From assembly GCF_036321535.1 (NCBI RefSeq), contig NC_087437.1:121584001-121648000 (forward strand): a DNA stretch of 64,000 nt. Reading direction: 5' to 3'. The stretch's first letter is position 1, and every line of letters begins with the position of its first letter. The translations under genes and the position numbers were made by a program. Shown here piece by piece: positions 59,601 to 64,000 of this stretch. This DNA is from Camelus dromedarius (lineage: Eukaryota). The notes beneath the pieces were generated by a model. It searched no databases. It was not told the DNA's origin and saw only the letters and a list, made by a program, of their open reading frames with translations.

Positions 59601-62479
59601 CCTGGAGGACCGCCCCCTGGCCACCCGAGGGGTCCCAGCAGGGCCACGCCAGATGGCAGGTGGCCGTGCTCACTCCGAGGCCAGTGCAGGCTGGGGTCTC
59701 CAGGGTCACAGCCCCTTTTCACCGGCTCTCTGTAGGAACGCAGCACAGATTCAGGGCTCCTGCCCCACGTCTGGTCAGCCTCCAGGGGGATCGGCCACCA
59801 GGGTCTTCACCAACCACCCCTGTGCAGCCCCCTCCACACCTGCTACTCCCTCGCCTGCTCAGTCCTTCAACCCGTTACAGCGGTGTTGAGCTCAGCCGGT
59901 GGCAGCAGGACTGCAGATGGACCGTCCCCAGGGCAGGGGGAGGGCCCGCAGGGGGTGGGGGGCGGCTAGGGTCGGACAGTCTGGGGAACAAAGGAGTCTA
60001 ACTCGGGGTTCAAGCAGGGAGAGGGAGAGCCTGGGGATTTGCAGACACTGGCCGACATTTGATGAGTGAGGGACCATCCTTGCAGACATCGGGACACGGC
60101 TCGTCACAGCAACGGGGACAGGGAAGGCACGGATCCCAAGACTAGGCCCCCCGGGCCTTGGCTGGGTTGGAGGCACAGATGCTGGCAGCAGACGCTGAGG
60201 GCTTCGCGGGTTTCCTCTGACAGAAGGGTACCCGCGAGGGCTTGAGAGGAGCCGAGACCTCACCTGCTTACACAGCTGACTGCCTTGGGGAGAAGTGGGG
60301 AGGTGCGGGGGGCCAGGTTCTGGGGGGAATTGGGAGGGGCAGCCCCTGGCTTGCTGATGGACAGAACATCCCTAAACAGACTCAGGGGTGGGGCCCTGGG
60401 GGTCCCCAGGCTTACAGTGCCCAGCCCAGGCAGGAGCCCCCCGAGGAGGGCAGTGAATGGGGCTGGATGCCCCAGGAAAGGTGCCCCCCCGTCAGACAGG
60501 ACAGGTCCCCGTGGAGACGGAGGGTCAGCAGCATGGTGGGGTGAGTTCAGTGGAAGCGGGCGCAGGGACGTGCAGGATCCTCCAGGATCTGCCGCCCTCG
60601 CTCCCCAAGGCCCCTGGCTCCCCGCCGGCCCCACACCCTCCTGCCTGATACCAGTCCCAACCCCCACCCCCATTACCTCTGGCAGAACCACAGCACCCTG
60701 AGCCTGGCCCGCCCCCCCACCTGCTGCTCACCCACCCACCCAACAAATGGTGCCCGGGATCCTTCACGGAGGCCACTGGGACCAGGACAAGCGAGTTAAT
60801 AACACACATCTCCAAACAGTGTGACAGCTGGGCCTGAGGGGTGCCGGGCAGCAGGGCTGCGGGAAGGCCCTTGCGGAGGGGGTGACCTGCAGGTGGCAGG
60901 ACAGGCCCCAGGAGTGCGATGGCAAAGGTGTGTCGGGAGAGGCTGAGCTGCAGACCGCACAGGGCCCGCTCTCCTCTCCTGGGAAGCCCCTCCTGGCCAC
61001 ACTGCTGTCACATTCGACCTAGTCCCCTGCAATCAGGCCACAGTCCAACCCCTGCTCAGGGGACACTTGGCTCTGAGTCCTTAGGGAGGCCAGTGCCTGC
61101 ACGAGACTGACATCATCCTGGGCATTGGCAGCCGCGGAGGGAGCAGGTGGGGGTAGGGGTGATGCCGTCTCGCAGGTGCTCCTTCCCCACCCGCACTAAG
61201 GCACATCCCAGACAAGAACTGGTTCCCGCCCAGCAAGGGAGAGGGGGCCGTCCTCCCCGCCCTCCGCTCTCACTCGCTTCCGCGTCTGTGCGGCCGGACC
61301 CCAGCGAGGACCGCTCCGGGCCTGGCACCACGGCCGCACAGAAGTGACCCTGCACTTGCGCCTGCTGACCACGTCCCAGGCTCGGGGTGGCTGCCCTGGG
61401 TTTCCATCCTGCCTGCACCCGGCTGCAGGACGCCACCGTTCCCCCCTGGGCTGTGGTCCCCCATGAGCTCTGACCCCTAGGGCGTGTGGCCCCTCCTGCC
61501 CGCCTAGGGGCTGGGTCTGCACTGCTGTCTCCCGTGGTCCCGCAGCCTGCAGCCCCGGCCCCCCGAGAGCAGGCCCTGCCTGGAGACACCTTCCCACTGA
61601 GTGGGCAAAGCCCCCGTCCTCCGGGGTCTCTGAGCAGTTGGCCCCTCGGAGGGCCTGCCCTGACTTTTGACTGGAGACAGGGCTAGGATTAGACAGAGCT
61701 GAGGTCATCCCCCGCGATGCCCGGCGGCCATGGCCGTCCACGCGGGCTATTTTTGAATCACTCTGTTTTGTCATTCCTGCTGCTTGCCCCCAGGAGCCTG
61801 GAGGCCGAGGCGGCCATGGCCGCGGAGGAGCCGGGGCTGGGGTTGAAAGGGGCTCTGTCCTCCACGGGCCCTCGGCCCTGGAGCAGCACACAGGGGCTTT
61901 GTTCTCTGGCCTGAGCCCCGGAAGACCCCTCCTCCAGCTGGGGCCCGCGGGGCCGTCTGGCAGGAATGGACGTGTCTCTCCCAGCCGAGGTGCGGGCAGA
62001 CGGGCCCCTCCCAGACTCAATGCCCAAGAGTCAGCCAGTCTGCTGTCCTGACCCTTTCCTGGCCGTGGGCCGAGCCAGTCTGACACCCTGCATGAGGGAC
62101 CCACCGCCCCTGGCCAGGGCGAGGTGCGCCAGGACGGGCACTCACTGCACAGACTCGTGGGAGGAATGAGGGTGCTGGGACATCAGGGCGGCAGGGGGCC
62201 CGGGCCCCCATCTCTCCCTCCTGTGCCTCCCTTACTTCTGCTGTCAGTATTCTGTCCTTCCTCTTCAAGACGCGTGCCGTCCCTGCAATACAGCAGAGCT
62301 CACACCTTAGCAGGCACCCAGCTCATCGGGCCTGACCCCCAGTGACCTCACGTCTGCCGCCCCTGCTCCCGCCTGGTCCCGTCAGTGCTGCTCAGAAATG
62401 CTACAGCTGCCGTGCTCATAGCCCCAGGATCCCCGAGACACCGCCCGGCCCCTGGTCTTCCCCCTTCGCCCACCCCACC

Positions 62480-63420
62480 CTTCAGAACCGTCTCCCTCAG
62501 GGCTTGGGTCACATCCTCTGAGTCACCGCTGATGACGCCCACTGCAGTCCCCGGCTGGACACCGAGGTCCTTTCTCTCTTCTCCCAGCACCCCCTCCTCA
62601 TCCCTGGCTAGAGCAACCACAGCTGCACATCCCACGAGCACCACTCCCACGGGCTCTGTTCACAGGCTACTTCCTTACCCTTTGCCGCCTGATAAGTATG
62701 TGGAGCCTTCGAAGCCCAGTTCACATGCCACCTGTTCCAGGAAGCCTCCCCTGACTGCCTGGGGTGAACCCCCCCCCCCAGGTGTAATAAGGAGCTCAGG
62801 TCTGAGGGCCCGACAGCCGGCTCCAAGGCCTGACGCGCCGTTTCCACATGGCTTTCCACATCACCACCCGAGAGTCAAGCACCCACTGTGTGGCAGGCAC
62901 TGGGTTACTTAATGAGAACCGTGTGGGGCGCTGCCTGGGAGCAGCACCGGGAGCTGCGGGTGACGGGGCCGAGGACAAGGCTAGGTGATGGGTCAGCATG
63001 AGGACGTTCAGGTGAGACGCGGGCAGGGTCCAGGGGCAGAGCAGGGGGATGGGTAGGAAACAGCACCTGGAAACTTGAAGCAGGAAGGAGGGGCCGTGGG
63101 AAGAAGCTCCGTGAGGCAGAAACACAGGGAGGGAGGAGAGGCCAGGGCCCAGAGACCCCGCGATGTGTCCTCAGGAGCCCACGGAAGGTCCTGAGATAGC
63201 GAGGGAGCCTGGATGGCTCGGGGGCAAGGGGGAGCGAGGGTCCTGTTTGGGGAGCTGCCATCGCCCAGGTGAGCAGGTCTTGGAGCAGGTGGAGGTGCAG
63301 ACGCTGCAGTGGACAGGGATGCTCGGAGGCCGAGCTCACAGGACAGAACTGGGTGTAAGGGAGATGGGAGGAGGTTTTCAGCAACCCTGGCCGCTCCGGC
63401 TCTGGGTGTGCAGACACTCA
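62480..63420. mobile_element. Probable highly decayed L2 fragments
   Basis: CCCAGTTCACATGCCACCTGTTCCAGGAAGCCTCCCCTGAC and CACTGTGTGGCAGGCACTGG resemble L2 3' motifs. Boundaries uncertain. Confidence 0.4.
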
Positions 63421-64000
63421 GGTTCCTTGGAAGGGGATCTGGGGAAAGGTGAGGCGTTGTCTTACACACGTGCAGTGTGTTCGGGCCGAGCCACCCTCCA
63501 GTCCTGGGGCTCTGAGGAAGCCGGGCTGGGTGGGAGTCTGGGGAGACCCTCGGCCCCCAGGGTGGGGAGGGGCACCCACTCCTGGACACACAGGAAGCCC
63601 AGGCGGGGTCAGGGCTTCTCATCTGTGTAATGGAAGCAAAAGCATCGGACCTGCTGGCTCCCTCTAGGGACGGGGTGATGGCACAGGACGGCTTCTGAAG
63701 CCCTGGGGCCAGGTGAGCGCCCGCCCTGACCCCATATGCAGGCCGCCGCAGGTCCTGTCCACGTTGCCCGGAGCCCAGGAACCCCCAAGGCTGCGCTGCC
63801 CCTTTTCTCTGGGATGCCAGCCCCAGTGGGGCGCCCAGAGTGCGGGCCCTCCGCTGGGCTGTGATGCTCAGTGTGAGCATCAGACAGAGCCGCTCAGACA
63901 GAGCCAGTGTGCAGACTGCCAGGGGAGGCCAGGGTGCAGGAGGGTCAAATCTGGGGAGGTGAGACATCTTCAAGAAACAGGAAGGCAAGAAAGCCGGCAC

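Noticed and set aside
54000..64000. Exons of COL18A1 or another neighbouring gene
   Set aside because: I could find no Gly-X-Y runs, signal-peptide exon or other recognisable coding sequence. Likewise no ADARB1 coding exon was recognised in 1-15000.

Overview
This is GC-rich mammalian genomic DNA, most likely from a camelid, judged from a tRNA-derived Vic-1-like SINE and artiodactyl-type L1 3' ends. It contains one complete protein-coding gene, POFUT2 (protein O-fucosyltransferase 2), on the minus strand. I traced nine coding exons by hand from the ATG at 29874 to the TGA at 16382-16384. All eight introns are GT-AG with consistent phases, giving 1290 nt and 429 aa. A poly(A) signal lies at 15598-15603 and a CpG-island promoter at about 29.5-30.5 kb that looks bidirectional. 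The rest is non-coding: L1, MLT1, hAT-Charlie/MER58, MIR, L2 and SINE remnants, a 69-unit 9-bp minisatellite, a decayed 7-bp purine-rich array and candidate enhancers. Almost all ORFs in the supplied track are GC-content or repeat artefacts. I found no convincing previously undescribed multi-gene system. The best second-look items are the indel-free 9-bp array, patches of AT-to-GC shift inside L1 fossils, the weak last acceptor of POFUT2, and the strand-symmetric promoter. Repeat family names come from recall of consensus sequences, not from a search.
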